19,332 nucleotides of DNA from Chthonomonadales bacterium (GTDB lineage: Bacteria > Armatimonadota > Chthonomonadetes > Chthonomonadales > Chthonomonadaceae). Shown piece by piece: positions 1-9,636 of the stretch. Made by a program: the position numbers and the translations under genes. Under the pieces are notes generated by a model that was not told the origin of the DNA, did no database searches, and saw only the letters and a program-made list of their open reading frames with translations. The stretch spans positions 1 through 19,332 of the forward strand of contig JBBQPO010000097.1 in assembly GCA_038217285.1 (NCBI GenBank), given 5' to 3'. The number at the start of each line of letters is the position of its first letter. The stretch's first letter is position 1.

Positions 1-419
1 TGCGACTACCGCTAGAAATCAGACAACGCCGTCAGTCGAAAAATCCTGCGATCGGTTTTTAAATTGATCGGCAGACACTATAGGTAGCGAAATCTTCGGC
101 CCGACCCTGCCTGTAGGGGCAAATATGCCTGTGTAGTAACGATCCTCCAGAGAAATAACCTCGACTTCGCCGCTTTCCATAGCTCTTATTGTTTGTGATG
201 TCGCTCGTTACAAGGCGAAGCAGACAGATTAATAGGGGAGCGGTAAGGATTCGTGCAAAATAGTCACACTTGGTGAAACCCACCACCCAGTCGCGCACTG
301 CCTACGCAAATGGGAGGAACTATCTTGCAACACGACGGACTCACCTTGGCCGCTGTGGCTGATTAGCCGGAAACCTTGATAGGGAACTATACCTTTCCGG
401 TTCACTGAGCAAAAACTTC

Positions 420-1757
420 CTAAATGGAAGCAAGGGGAGGGGCGGAACGCTGTGCGAATTGACTCCAGGCGAAAAGGGAGACGGCTATGACGAGACAGAG
501 CAGCGCGTTGATACGGATCGCTTCCTGTCCGCCCAGGTGTCCGGCCAAAAATCCGATCTCCAACCCACCGACCGGCATGAGGCCCTGAAAGACCAGCGAA
601 TAGACGGCCATGACGCGTCCGCGCAGGTCGTCGGGAACCTCCTCCTGCACACGAGTGTTCGCGGTGATGGCGAAGACGATCATGGCAAAGCCGCTCCAGA
701 CGAGAATAACGAGCGCAAGGGAGAAGGTCGAGGCGATGGAGAGTATGAGTAGGGCGATGCAGAACAGAATGGCCCCGCCGTAGACCAGGTAGCGACGCGG
801 CAGGCGATCCCCCACAAGCGTCAGCGCCACACCGCCGAGTGCGGCGCCGACGCCGTTGACGGCGGTCATCATACTGTAACCGCTGGCGCCCCGATGAAAC
901 CGATCTGCCAGCATGGGGTAGAGTGTGGAGACCGACCAGGCGAAGATGCTGCCCGCGCCGATGAGCAGAACCAGTCGGAGGACACGCGGGGTGTCACGAA
1001 TATAGGTGAACCCTCCCCAGATCGAGTCGCTGCGTTTGCGCCGCGTGAACGCAGGCAGCCGCATCATCAGGAGGGAGACGATCACCGCCAGGAAGCTCAG
1101 GCCGTTCAGAAAGAAACAGACGGCGGCGTTCGTCTTGACAAGCACGACACCGGCGAGAATCGGCCCGATGAACCGCGCCATGTTGAAGCGGAGGGAGTTC
1201 AGGGCGATGGCGTTGGACAGCGCCTCGCGCTCCTCCACCATATCGCTGACAAACGCCTGCTGCGCAGGCATATTGTAGGCGTTCACGATGCCGCTCAGTC
1301 CAGCCAGCAGCGCGATATGCCAGGGCTGAATGGGCAAAAGACGGTTGGAGGCGAGCACAGCCAGCACGAAGGCCAGCAGCATCGCCGCCACCTGAGTCCA
1401 GACCAGAACTGTTCGACGGGGGACGCGATCCGCCACCTCCCCGCCGTGTAACGCAAAAACGACATAGGGAATGGCGCTGACGCCGGAGATGATGCCGAGC
1501 CAGCGTGGAGAGTGGGTCAACTCCCAGACCAGCCACTGCTGCGCGACCGTCTGCATCCAGGTTCCGGCCACCGAAATCAGTTGGCCGACAAAGAACAGGC
1601 GGAAGTTGCGGAAAGACATCGCGTAGAGCGGACCACGTTTTTTTAGGGCCGGAGCGGAGGCCATCGCCGTATCTACTTCGCCCTGCGTCATCGCCTCGGT
1701 GCGATACGGCGCGGGCGAAGGAGGGGCGACAGTCTCCTCCCCAGGCGCTTTACTCAT
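420..1757 (-). CDS. MFS transporter (MFS_3 / DHA3-like putative efflux permease)
   Basis: 445 aa with about 12 hydrophobic segments. N-terminal RNFRLFFVGQLISVAGTWMQTVAQQWLV is typical of MFS_3. Motif A-like sequences GEVADRVPRR and GDRLPRR, plus VPDDLRGRVMAVY. Start overlaps the permease stop. Confidence 0.93.
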   Translation of the reverse strand: MSKAPGEETVAPPSPAPYRTEAMTQGEVDTAMASAPALKKRGPLYAMSFRNFRLFFVGQLISVAGTWMQTVAQQWLVWELTHSPRWLGIISGVSAIPYVVFALHGGEVADRVPRRTVLVWTQVAAMLLAFVLAVLASNRLLPIQPWHIALLAGLSGIVNAYNMPAQQAFVSDMVEEREALSNAIALNSLRFNMARFIGPILAGVVLVKTNAAVCFFLNGLSFLAVIVSLLMMRLPAFTRRKRSDSIWGGFTYIRDTPRVLRLVLLIGAGSIFAWSVSTLYPMLADRFHRGASGYSMMTAVNGVGAALGGVALTLVGDRLPRRYLVYGGAILFCIALLILSIASTFSLALVILVWSGFAMIVFAITANTRVQEEVPDDLRGRVMAVYSLVFQGLMPVGGLEIGFLAGHLGGQEAIRINALLCLVIAVSLFAWSQFAQRSAPPLASI

Positions 1758-3021
1758 AGCGCAGCGCCTCGATGGGATGCAGGGCCGCCGCTTTGCTCGC
1801 CGGATAGATGCCGAAGAAGATGCCGACCCCTGCCGAGACTACCACGGCCGCAATGATCGCCGTGCTGCTCACGATGGTATTCCAGCCGCCGATGCTCGCC
1901 AGCAGCATCGAGCCGCCGATCCCAAGACCGATCCCGATCAGCCCCCCGATCAGCGAGAGGATCGCCGATTCGATGAGAAACTGCATCAGGATGTCGCGCG
2001 GCGTCGCCCCGATGGCCTTGCGAATGCCGATCTCGCGGGTGCGTTCCGTCACCGACACCAGCATGATGTTCATGATACCGATACCGCCGACGATCAGCGA
2101 GATCACGGCCACGATCGAGAGCAGCGAAGTCATGGTCGTCGTGACGCTCTGCTGCCGCTCCATCAGGTCGGTCTGGCTCCGGATGTTGAAGTCGTCGTTG
2201 TCCGGGAACGGCGGGGTCAGGTGATGGCGGTTGCGCAGGAAGGTCGATATCTGCTCCTGCGCCAGCGGCATCATCTCAGGGCTGACGCAGCGGACGCTCA
2301 TGAAATTGATGAAGCGGCGGTTCAGAATACGCTGCATGGCCGTGGTAATAGGAACGATAACCACGTCATCCTGATCCTGTCCCCAGGCGCCAGCTCCCTT
2401 GGGAGCGAGCATCCCCACGACCTTGAAGCTCTGGCGATTGATGGAGATCGTCTGCCCGGTCAGATCTGTTGTGGGATCCCCGGTCAACTTGTCGGCGAGG
2501 GTCATGCCTGCGACGCAGACCTTCTGACTGCCGTCCATCTCCTCCTGCGTGAAGTAGCGCCCCCGATCCACCTCGACGTTGTTGACATACGGATAGTCCA
2601 GTGTCGATCCGGTCAGGTTGGTCGTCGAGTCTTTGCCGTTCAACCGGATCTGCACATTGTCGCGCACCTGCGGCGCTACGGCGTCCACGGTCCTCTTGAA
2701 GGTTTCGGCGATCAGCCTCGCGTCCAGCAGGGTCATGCTGCCGGATCGGCCCCCTCCTCCGCCTCCACCGCTTTTGGCGCCTGCAGCATGCGTCGTCGCC
2801 GCCGTGATACGGATGTGGCTCTCGCCCGGAAAGATGGAGAGCAGATTGGTTCCGAGCGAGTTGACCGTGTCCGTGACGCGCTGCGTGGCGCCCTGTCCGA
2901 TCGCGACCACGAGAATGACGACCGCGACCCCGATGATGATGCCGAGCATCGTCAGCGCCGAGCGCATCTTATTACTGACCAGCCCGCGCAGCGAGACGCG
3001 CAGGCTTTCGAAAAGGTTCAA
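1750..3021 (-). CDS. MacB/FtsX-family ABC transporter permease
   Basis: NKMRSALTMLGIIIGVAVVI, a large periplasmic domain, and ISLIVGGIGIMNIMLVSVTERTREIGIRKAIGA...GIYPASKAAALHPIEALRYE. The TTG start overlaps the ATPase TGA. Confidence 0.96.
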   Translation of the reverse strand: MNLFESLRVSLRGLVSNKMRSALTMLGIIIGVAVVILVVAIGQGATQRVTDTVNSLGTNLLSIFPGESHIRITAATTHAAGAKSGGGGGGGRSGSMTLLDARLIAETFKRTVDAVAPQVRDNVQIRLNGKDSTTNLTGSTLDYPYVNNVEVDRGRYFTQEEMDGSQKVCVAGMTLADKLTGDPTTDLTGQTISINRQSFKVVGMLAPKGAGAWGQDQDDVVIVPITTAMQRILNRRFINFMSVRCVSPEMMPLAQEQISTFLRNRHHLTPPFPDNDDFNIRSQTDLMERQQSVTTTMTSLLSIVAVISLIVGGIGIMNIMLVSVTERTREIGIRKAIGATPRDILMQFLIESAILSLIGGLIGIGLGIGGSMLLASIGGWNTIVSSTAIIAAVVVSAGVGIFFGIYPASKAAALHPIEALRYE

Positions 3022-3839
3022 CGGGTCAATCCTCCCACTTCCTGAAGCGTATTTGCGGCAGCGTTACGGGCCGCTTTAATCTGCAGCTCTCGCACCCGCT
3101 CCGCTTCCATCTCTACCAGAACTTCCTTTGCCACGAGGCGATGCTCGACAGAATCATCGTCCAGAACGCGTCCGTCCTTGATATGCACCAGACGTTTGCA
3201 GTGCTGTCCGATATCCGGCTCATGGGTGACCATGATGATGGTGCTGCCTTCATCGTTCAACTCCTGAAATATCTGCATGATCTCTTCGCTCTGCCGACTG
3301 GCGAGGTTGCCGGTCGGTTCGTCCGCCAGGATCATCTGCGGCTCCGAGGCCAGTGCGCGGGCGATGGCGACCCGCTGCTGTTGACCGCCGGAAAGTTCGT
3401 TCGGACGGTGGTCGAGGCGGTCTCCAAGGCCGACGCGCTCCAGCGCATAGATCGCGCGTTCACGCCGATCCTTGCGCTTGCCGTAGAGCATCGGCAGCTC
3501 CACATTCTCCAACGCCGTCGTGCGGGCGAGCAGATTGAAGCCCTGGAACACGAATCCGATCTTCTGGTTGCGGATGCGCGCCAGTTCGTACTCGTCCATG
3601 TCGGCGACCTCGACCCCATCGAACAGATAGGAGCCAGAGGTGGGGCCGTCCAGGCAGCCGATGATGTGCATCAGCGTCGACTTGCCGGAGCCGGAGGGCC
3701 CCATGATGGCGACATACTCGCCTGCAGAGATGTCGAGATCCAGGCCGTCGAGCGCCTGCACGACCTGATCTCCCATCACATAGGTTTTATTAATGCCGCG
3801 CAGGCAGAGCAGAGCCTGCGCCGGTGATACGGTCTGCAT
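3018..3839 (-). CDS. ABC transporter ATP-binding protein (MacB/LolD type)
   Basis: Walker [11 protein letters not shown]-loop GFVFQGFNL, signature LSGGQQQRV, Walker [12 protein letters not shown]-loop VTHE. Start placed at ATG 3839 (MQTVS) because GAGGA lies at 3846-3850; the ORF track extends to 3869. Confidence 0.96.
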   Translation of the reverse strand: MQTVSPAQALLCLRGINKTYVMGDQVVQALDGLDLDISAGEYVAIMGPSGSGKSTLMHIIGCLDGPTSGSYLFDGVEVADMDEYELARIRNQKIGFVFQGFNLLARTTALENVELPMLYGKRKDRRERAIYALERVGLGDRLDHRPNELSGGQQQRVAIARALASEPQMILADEPTGNLASRQSEEIMQIFQELNDEGSTIIMVTHEPDIGQHCKRLVHIKDGRVLDDDSVEHRLVAKEVLVEMEAERVRELQIKAARNAAANTLQEVGGLTR

Positions 3840-3849
3840 CGTATGTCCT

Positions 3850-5619
3850 CTATCTGCCACGTCCGCCACCGGCCGGCTTGGCGGGGCCGAATGGCGAGGT
3901 GGGGCCGCCCTGGCCTTTCTTGCCCCCGGCGTCCATTCCGGCTAGAACGATGGTGTCGCCCTCCTTCAGACCGTCGCGTATCTCTACGTACTGCCCGTCG
4001 CTGCCGCCGGTCTTTACTTTACTGGGCGCAGCCGTTTTCTTGCCATCGACCATTTTGATGATGCTGACGGTCGAGCCGCGCGTACTGACTTTGACAGCCT
4101 CGGACGGCACCAGCAGCACATTCGAGCGTTTGCCGGTCTGAATGATCACACTGGCCGTCATGTCCGGTTTCAACTGATGTCGCGGGTCTTTGATACCGAT
4201 GGTGACATCGTAGGTGATGACGCCCTGCTGGATCGTGGAGCCGGAGGCGACTTTCGTTACTATGCCGGGGATCACCTTTTTGGCATAGGCATCGACCCGC
4301 ACTTCGACAGGCTGACCTTTCTTGATCTTGCCGATGTCGGTTTCGTCCACGAAGGCATCGACCTGCAGTCGGTTGAGGTCGGCCACAATGATCAGGGTCG
4401 GCGCGCTCAGCCCGGCGGCCAGGGTCTCGCCCTGTTGCGAGGCCAACTGCAACACCGTTCCAGTGATAGGCGACCGGATGACAGTTTTGTCGAGTTGCGC
4501 CTTGTAGTAGTCCACCTGATGCTCAGCGATGGAGAGGGCGGAGGCGTTCTCATCGATCTGCTGCTTTTTGATCGTGTCCTGGGTGGTGTTGCCCAGTGCC
4601 AGGCGCAGGCCCGACTCCGCCTGCCGCACCTGAGCGCGCGCGGTCTCGACGTCCGCGCTTTTGGCTTTGGTGGAGAACGTTCCGGCCCTGGCGGCATCGA
4701 GAGAAGCCTGCATCGACTCGACGTTCGACTGCGCCTGCGCTACCTGATCCTGTGCGGCCTGAAGATCCGCTTTCACCTTCTCCTGCACCAGTTGAATGTT
4801 CTGCTGCGCCGACTTGACCTGCGACTGCGCTACGGCGGCGGAGACGTTGGCATTGTCGACGACGCTGGCTGCGACAAAGCCTTTCCCCAGCAGCGTCTGC
4901 TGCCGCTTGAGGGTGATGTCGGCATTCTGGGCGGTGGCTTTGGCCTGCGTCAGGGCTTCGGTGGCATTCGCGATCTGCAGGTCGAAACTGGCTTTGACCT
5001 GCGCGTAACTCGACTGGGCGGATTTGAGGGCCGACCGCGACGAATCGAGGCTGGTTTGCGCGCGGCGAATGTCGCTGGGGGTCTGCACGTTCTGCAGACT
5101 GGAGGCCGCTTGAGAGGCCTCGAGGCGCGCCTGGGCGCTGCGCAATGCCGCTTTCGCATCGGCGACCGCGCTCGAAGTCTGGTTTTTCTGCATGCTCAGA
5201 CCGGTCTCCTGCTCCAGCAGACGGGTCTGAGCCTGGCGTACACTGGCCTGCGCCTGCTCCATCTGCGCCCGCATGTCGGGCAGGTCCAGCTCGGCGATCT
5301 TCTGTCCGGCGGTGACATGGCTGCCGACATCCGCATAGAGCCGCTTGATGGTTCCGGTGATCTGCGAACCGATCTTGACCTGCGCGCCGGTCTGCGCCGT
5401 AACACTGCCGGTCGCGGTGACGGTCTCGATGAGGTCGCCGCGCTTGACGGTATCGGTCAGCATTTTGGCGGTCGGATCTTCGGCGGGATGGGTTTTCGTC
5501 CAGCCAAACCAGCCTGCCGCGCCTACCACTGCCATAGTCAGCAGGAACGGTACGGTGCGGGAGGCGCGTTTGCCTTTGCGCTTTGCCATTGTCGCCGCAG
5601 GCGACGGGATGGATGCCAT
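3850..5619 (-). CDS. Efflux periplasmic adaptor subunit (MacA/HlyD-like) with a long coiled coil
   Basis: N-terminal TM anchor, lipoyl halves (VKIGSQITGTIKRLYADVGSHV; IRSPITGTVL), Ala/Gln-rich helical hairpin, VDETDIGKIKKGQ, LKPDMTA and GLKEGD. AAGGAG RBS upstream. Confidence 0.94.
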   Translation of the reverse strand: MASIPSPAATMAKRKGKRASRTVPFLLTMAVVGAAGWFGWTKTHPAEDPTAKMLTDTVKRGDLIETVTATGSVTAQTGAQVKIGSQITGTIKRLYADVGSHVTAGQKIAELDLPDMRAQMEQAQASVRQAQTRLLEQETGLSMQKNQTSSAVADAKAALRSAQARLEASQAASSLQNVQTPSDIRRAQTSLDSSRSALKSAQSSYAQVKASFDLQIANATEALTQAKATAQNADITLKRQQTLLGKGFVAASVVDNANVSAAVAQSQVKSAQQNIQLVQEKVKADLQAAQDQVAQAQSNVESMQASLDAARAGTFSTKAKSADVETARAQVRQAESGLRLALGNTTQDTIKKQQIDENASALSIAEHQVDYYKAQLDKTVIRSPITGTVLQLASQQGETLAAGLSAPTLIIVADLNRLQVDAFVDETDIGKIKKGQPVEVRVDAYAKKVIPGIVTKVASGSTIQQGVITYDVTIGIKDPRHQLKPDMTASVIIQTGKRSNVLLVPSEAVKVSTRGSTVSIIKMVDGKKTAAPSKVKTGGSDGQYVEIRDGLKEGDTIVLAGMDAGGKKGQGGPTSPFGPAKPAGGGRGR

Positions 5620-5646
5620 GGGTCTCTCCTTGGAACAGCCCGCTTC

Positions 5647-6279
5647 TTAAAACTTGCTGCTGATGACAGCCTCGCCATCGGTAAATCGAGAGAGCGTCTC
5701 TTCCACCGTGGCTGGCTCGGAATGTATTTCCAGGACTGCTTCTGTCTTCGATAAATGGCCGGCGGGCAGACGATTGCCCGCCATTTCCAGCACGCGTACC
5801 GCGTTCAGGAATTCGATCCGCTCTTGCGGATCGAGCAGAGTCCAGAGGTGTTCGTAGCGGGCGCGCCGCCTGCCAATGCGCTCGCGCACCCAGTCTTCGC
5901 CTTTCGCGGTGAGGCGCATGCGCACGATTCGGCGGTCCGACGGATCGCTCAACCGCTCCGCCAGTCCGTGATTGACCAGCCTGTCGGCGGCCTGAGTCAG
6001 CGCGTTTTGTCGGACATGGAGGCGTTCACTCAGACGGCCCATCGTCTCCCCGGAAGTGACGGACGCCGATGTCTCCTGGTCCCGATAGAGCGCCTGGGCC
6101 AGCCGCATCTGCGCCAGTGGCAACTGCAGCAGAGGCATGTCCAGGTTCTCCGTATCCATCAGCCGCCGCATGATCGCGGTCAGCGTACGTTCCAGCCAGG
6201 CGACATCCGCAACGCTGCCGGACGGATCCGGCGGAAACGGCACCGCAGAATTTTCGTGTTGGACGGGCGAACTCTCCAT
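5647..6279 (-). CDS. MarR-family transcriptional regulator
   Basis: wHTH TMGRLSERLHVRQNALTQAADRLVNHGLAER followed by the MarR wing DPSDRRIVRMRLTAKG. First gene of the efflux operon, with an AAAGGA RBS. Confidence 0.9.
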   Translation of the reverse strand: MESSPVQHENSAVPFPPDPSGSVADVAWLERTLTAIMRRLMDTENLDMPLLQLPLAQMRLAQALYRDQETSASVTSGETMGRLSERLHVRQNALTQAADRLVNHGLAERLSDPSDRRIVRMRLTAKGEDWVRERIGRRRARYEHLWTLLDPQERIEFLNAVRVLEMAGNRLPAGHLSKTEAVLEIHSEPATVEETLSRFTDGEAVISSKF

Positions 6280-6351
6280 CTGCTTCCTTTGCCTGTGCGG
6301 CGCGATGTGCCGCCTCTGCTATTATTTCTACCCTACGATACGAACAGCCCC

Positions 6352-6377
6352 GTGAAATATTCACCTATATGAACTAT
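6352..6377. promoter_or_regulatory. Candidate MarR operator (overlapping AT-rich inverted repeats)
   Basis: GTGAA-ATA-TTCAC (6352-6364) overlaps TTCA-N6-TGAA (6360-6373), about 75-100 bp upstream of the marR-like start. The operator role is inferred. Confidence 0.45.
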
Positions 6378-6596
6378 TTTGGCGCAGACAGGCCTGCCAT
6401 GTCGTGATGTGCGGCTCTCTTCCCGCCCAGGCCGGACGCCTTCGGCGATCTGCATGGCGAGAACACCACAACGGTTTGACGACAGAGGACGGGTGGAGTT
6501 ACGCCTCTCTTACTCCCATCGGCGTCTCCATCGCGCTAATTCTATGCCTGACAGACATTTTTTCTAGTCTGCCTGTAATATTTTCCCGTGAAGAGC

Positions 6597-6625
6597 TTGA
6601 CGCGCGGGCGGTGATGTGCTATTAT
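6597..6625 (+). promoter_or_regulatory. Sigma70-type promoter for the XRE-TPR/lipoprotein genes
   Basis: TTGACG (6597-6602), 17-nt spacer, and TATTAT (6620-6625) with an extended -10 TG at 6617-6618. Lies about 90 nt upstream of ATG 6715. Confidence 0.7.
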
Positions 6626-6714
6626 GCCAAGTATAGAAAGGCGCGCGGCCTCTATTTTTCTACCGAAGTCAGCCCCCCTTCCCCCCACGAAGGCGCGTGA
6701 CAGTACGGCGCGGA

Positions 6715-8595
6715 ATGGATCTCTCCACAAAACAGGGCAGACGGGAACAGGGACAGCGTATTCAACGCGCTGTAGAACGGGCCGGACTCTCGATTGAAGA
6801 GTTAGCGGGTCGTATCGGCTGTTCGCGTGCGCTTATCTATCAATATCTTTCCGGGACGACCCTGGCCCAGCCTGATCGCCTGCAGCAGATCGCGGCCGAG
6901 TGCGGCGTCTCTCTCTCCTCCTTTTACATCGCAACGGATGCGTCTGAGCCGGAGGAGCCCCCGGCTCCCCTTGCAATGGTTCCATCTTCGGCCCCTTCTG
7001 TTCTTCCCATACCTCCGCCTCTGGAAGTTGCTGTGCGCCTGAACGAGGGCCTGCGCTCCATGCAGGAGCTTGCCTCCGCACAGGAAGGCCCTCCGGACTA
7101 TCGCGCGCTTGCAGCCACCTGTGAACGGATTCTGTCGCTTGCCGCACAGGTGGGGGATCGTGCCGCGCAGGCCGTCGCGCAGGCACGACTCGGCACCGCT
7201 CTCGTCAATGTCGCGGACTATCCTCGTGCTGCCGACGCTCTGGCCCGAGCCGTGACGCTGGCGCAGGAGATCGGTGCCGCCGCCACGGAGGCCTCGGCCC
7301 GGCAGAGTCTGGGCCAGGCGCTCTATCAGTTGGGGCGCACGGAAGAGGCTGGGGAACAGTTCGCCCGTATCGCGGCGGGCACGGATTTTCAGGGGCGCTG
7401 GAAGGGGACGCTCTCCCTCGGCAGCATCCACGAGCAGCGCGGCGAATATCAGGAGGCCATGCTGCGCTTCGACGAGGCTGCGAATATCCTGGAAGAGGGC
7501 GAGGCGAACGGCACGGCCCGACCGGAAGCGGTCGCCATCGGGCTGCTCTACGTCAATGCGAACCGCACCAATGTCTATCTGGATGAAGGCGATTTTCGAG
7601 GAGCGCGTCCGCTGGCGGAGAAATGTCTGGCGGACGCAGAGAGCCTCGGCATTGCCGGGCAGCACCTCGAGGCCCGGTTCAATATCGCCTGGTGCGATTT
7701 CGGGGTGGGGAGGTGGGCGGCCTGCCACGCCGCCCTCCTCAGTCTGCTGCAGCTCGCCCGCTTCATCGGGGATCAGGGCCGCGAGACGATGACCCGCGCG
7801 TGGCTCGGCATTTTTCTGGCCGCTGCTGGCGACCGGGACGGCGCGCTCGCTTATGGGAAGGATGCGCTGGCGCAGGCGCTTTCCAGGGGAGATCGCCGTT
7901 CGGAGCTCTACGCGCAGCTCGCGCTTGCCGACGCCTACGGTGGGGATCGACTGCGGCAGGGGGAGGCGCGCTATCATGTCACGCAGGCCCTGGCGGTCGC
8001 TGCCGCCGTTCGAGAGACACGCGCAGAGGTCGAGTGTCGTCTGCGCCTGGCGCATCTCAGTGCCCAGAGCGGTACGGTGACGGAGCTGCGCGAGGCTGCC
8101 ACCCGTGCTCTGACGCTCTCTCTGCGACTCGGCGCACGCCATCTGGAAAGTCTGTCGCGTGTCTGGCTGGCGGAAGCTCTGGTCCGAGAAGCGAACGCCG
8201 ATCCGGCCCTCGCTCTTACCGAAGCCGAAGCTGCCGTCGCGCTGGCGGACAGCCTGGATCTGATCGAAGGCCGTTGGCGCGGGCGGTACGCGCTGGCACA
8301 GATTCTCCTGAACCGGTCGCCCGAAGAGACGGTGGGTGCGGAAAACGCGTTGCGCGAGGCGGTCGCACTGCTGGAATCTCTCCGATCCGCGCTGATCGAG
8401 ACAGGAATTCCCGACACGCTCCTCGAAAATGAGGACTGTATCGCCGTCTATGTGCGGCATATCCAGGTCGTGCGCCAGTCGGGACGCACTTCTGAGGCGG
8501 ATGCCCTGCTGGAACAGGCTGGATGGCCCCCGCTGAACGCTCGCCTTGCTGCCGATACGGATGCGGCAGCCTCATTCTCACGAGGAGCGCAATGA
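6715..8595 (+). CDS. XRE-family HTH regulator with TPR repeats
   Basis: HTH RIQRAVERAGLSIEELAGRIGCSRALIYQYLSG, Pro-rich linker, then many TPR-like helix pairs (LGQALYQLGRTEEA, LGSIHEQRGEYQEA). ATG 6715 preferred over GTG 6697. Confidence 0.88.
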   Translation: MDLSTKQGRREQGQRIQRAVERAGLSIEELAGRIGCSRALIYQYLSGTTLAQPDRLQQIAAECGVSLSSFYIATDASEPEEPPAPLAMVPSSAPSVLPIPPPLEVAVRLNEGLRSMQELASAQEGPPDYRALAATCERILSLAAQVGDRAAQAVAQARLGTALVNVADYPRAADALARAVTLAQEIGAAATEASARQSLGQALYQLGRTEEAGEQFARIAAGTDFQGRWKGTLSLGSIHEQRGEYQEAMLRFDEAANILEEGEANGTARPEAVAIGLLYVNANRTNVYLDEGDFRGARPLAEKCLADAESLGIAGQHLEARFNIAWCDFGVGRWAACHAALLSLLQLARFIGDQGRETMTRAWLGIFLAAAGDRDGALAYGKDALAQALSRGDRRSELYAQLALADAYGGDRLRQGEARYHVTQALAVAAAVRETRAEVECRLRLAHLSAQSGTVTELREAATRALTLSLRLGARHLESLSRVWLAEALVREANADPALALTEAEAAVALADSLDLIEGRWRGRYALAQILLNRSPEETVGAENALREAVALLESLRSALIETGIPDTLLENEDCIAVYVRHIQVVRQSGRTSEADALLEQAGWPPLNARLAADTDAAASFSRGAQ

Positions 8596-9440
8596 CGCCA
8601 GTGACTCCCGGACAACCGGACAACTCCGGCATCCCTTGTGCCGACGGATCGGCTTCGCGCGAAGCAGAGTACGCGGAATCACGCTTGCCGCGCCGCATAG
8701 GCGGCACGGTAAAAGGCCTGCTCGTCCTCGCCTCTCTAGGCCTGCTCAGCGGCTGCGGCGGCGGGCTTGATTTTACCGGCGGCAGTATTCCGCCGGGCGG
8801 GACACGCCTCTTCGGTCGCGTTGCGGCCGCAGAGAATCCCCTGGTTCCGCTGGCCAACGTCAGCGTCGTCGTCGAATCGCGCCCCATCACAGGCGGCCTC
8901 CGCACCCTGCACACGACCACCGCATCGGATGGGAGCTTCGATTTCATCTCCGTCGCGTCGGGCAGCACCTCTACGGTGATGACCGTGATGGTCACGCCCG
9001 ACCCTAAGCAAGGGCGTCAGCCGCAGAAAATCGTTTTTGGCGCCCAGATGGGTGTTGCGGGCGACCTTGTCGTCACGCTCCCGCTCTCGACTTTCAAAGT
9101 CACCAGCGCCGCGAAACTCACGCTTCAGGACATCGCCGCGCTGCCGCCGCATAAGTCCGCATCCGTGCATGCCCGACTGTACGATGCTGCGGGCAATCGT
9201 CTGCTCATCGCGCCGTCGCTGCTGTTGACGGGAAACATCGGCAGTATCGCGGTGGATGAAACCTTCGCTGCGGAGACCGCAGGCTCCGGCTCGATCACGG
9301 CCTTCTGGTACGATCTGGCGGCCCCCACCAAACCGGTTACCGTCGCCCTCGGGGCTGTCGAGCCTCCGCCCGACCCACCGGAACTGCCACCGGTCCTCCT
9401 CCCCGACCCGATACAAATCACGACGCCTCCCAGCCGCTGA
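8592..9440 (+). CDS. Putative lipoprotein with a carboxypeptidase-regulatory-like/Ig-like beta domain and Pro-rich tail
   Basis: ATGA overlap with the upstream stop and GAGGAG RBS. Lipobox LLSG-C followed by GGG, then [18 protein letters not shown]...[11 protein letters not shown]. An in-frame TTG at 8685 would give a more typical signal-peptide length. Confidence 0.7.
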   Translation: MTPVTPGQPDNSGIPCADGSASREAEYAESRLPRRIGGTVKGLLVLASLGLLSGCGGGLDFTGGSIPPGGTRLFGRVAAAENPLVPLANVSVVVESRPITGGLRTLHTTTASDGSFDFISVASGSTSTVMTVMVTPDPKQGRQPQKIVFGAQMGVAGDLVVTLPLSTFKVTSAAKLTLQDIAALPPHKSASVHARLYDAAGNRLLIAPSLLLTGNIGSIAVDETFAAETAGSGSITAFWYDLAAPTKPVTVALGAVEPPPDPPELPPVLLPDPIQITTPPSR

Positions 9441-9575
9441 CGATGGTGGGCCGGCGAATCCTCCCCGCCCCTCCTACCGAGAGACATCTGAAAAAGTCTT
9501 CCGAAAGGAGGGGCTGTCTCACGCCCTTCCAAAGTCAACAGTCCTGTCTCTTCACGCATCGTCTGCAACTTGCGC

Positions 9576-9581
9576 TATAAT
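9576..9581 (+). promoter_or_regulatory. Probable -10 element of the mnmG promoter
   Basis: Perfect TATAAT 55 nt upstream of the mnmG ATG. The -35 is weak (TTCACG at 9551-9556, 19-nt spacer). Confidence 0.5.
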
Positions 9582-9636
9582 AAGGCTGTCAGAACAGGGG
9601 AACGGTCGGTCGAGGCAAGTGGGAGCGAAGAGGCCA

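Noticed and set aside
74-83. GACACTATAG resembling the SP6 promoter (vector contamination)
   Set aside because: Only the short core matches; the ATTTAGGT part and any vector context are absent.
59-298. 79-aa minus-strand ORF
   Set aside because: No RBS or motif, and atypical composition.
6379-6730. Small ORFs upstream of the XRE-TPR gene as a signalling-peptide precursor
   Set aside because: No convincing RBS plus signal peptide, and the longer ones overlap the predicted promoter.
1699-8460. Long opposite-strand ORFs (1699-3045, 4177-5754, 6802-8460)
   Set aside because: They are antisense shadows of well-supported genes in high-GC DNA and have no recognisable motifs.
9507-9530. Hairpin GGAGGGGC-N8-GCCCTTCC as a terminator for the lipoprotein gene
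   Set aside because: There is no U-tract on the plus strand, so it is too weak to call.
9256-9636. 127-aa N-terminal extension of MnmG in the ORF track
   Set aside because: It overlaps the lipoprotein gene and the TATAAT element; the family N-terminus starts at ATG 9637.
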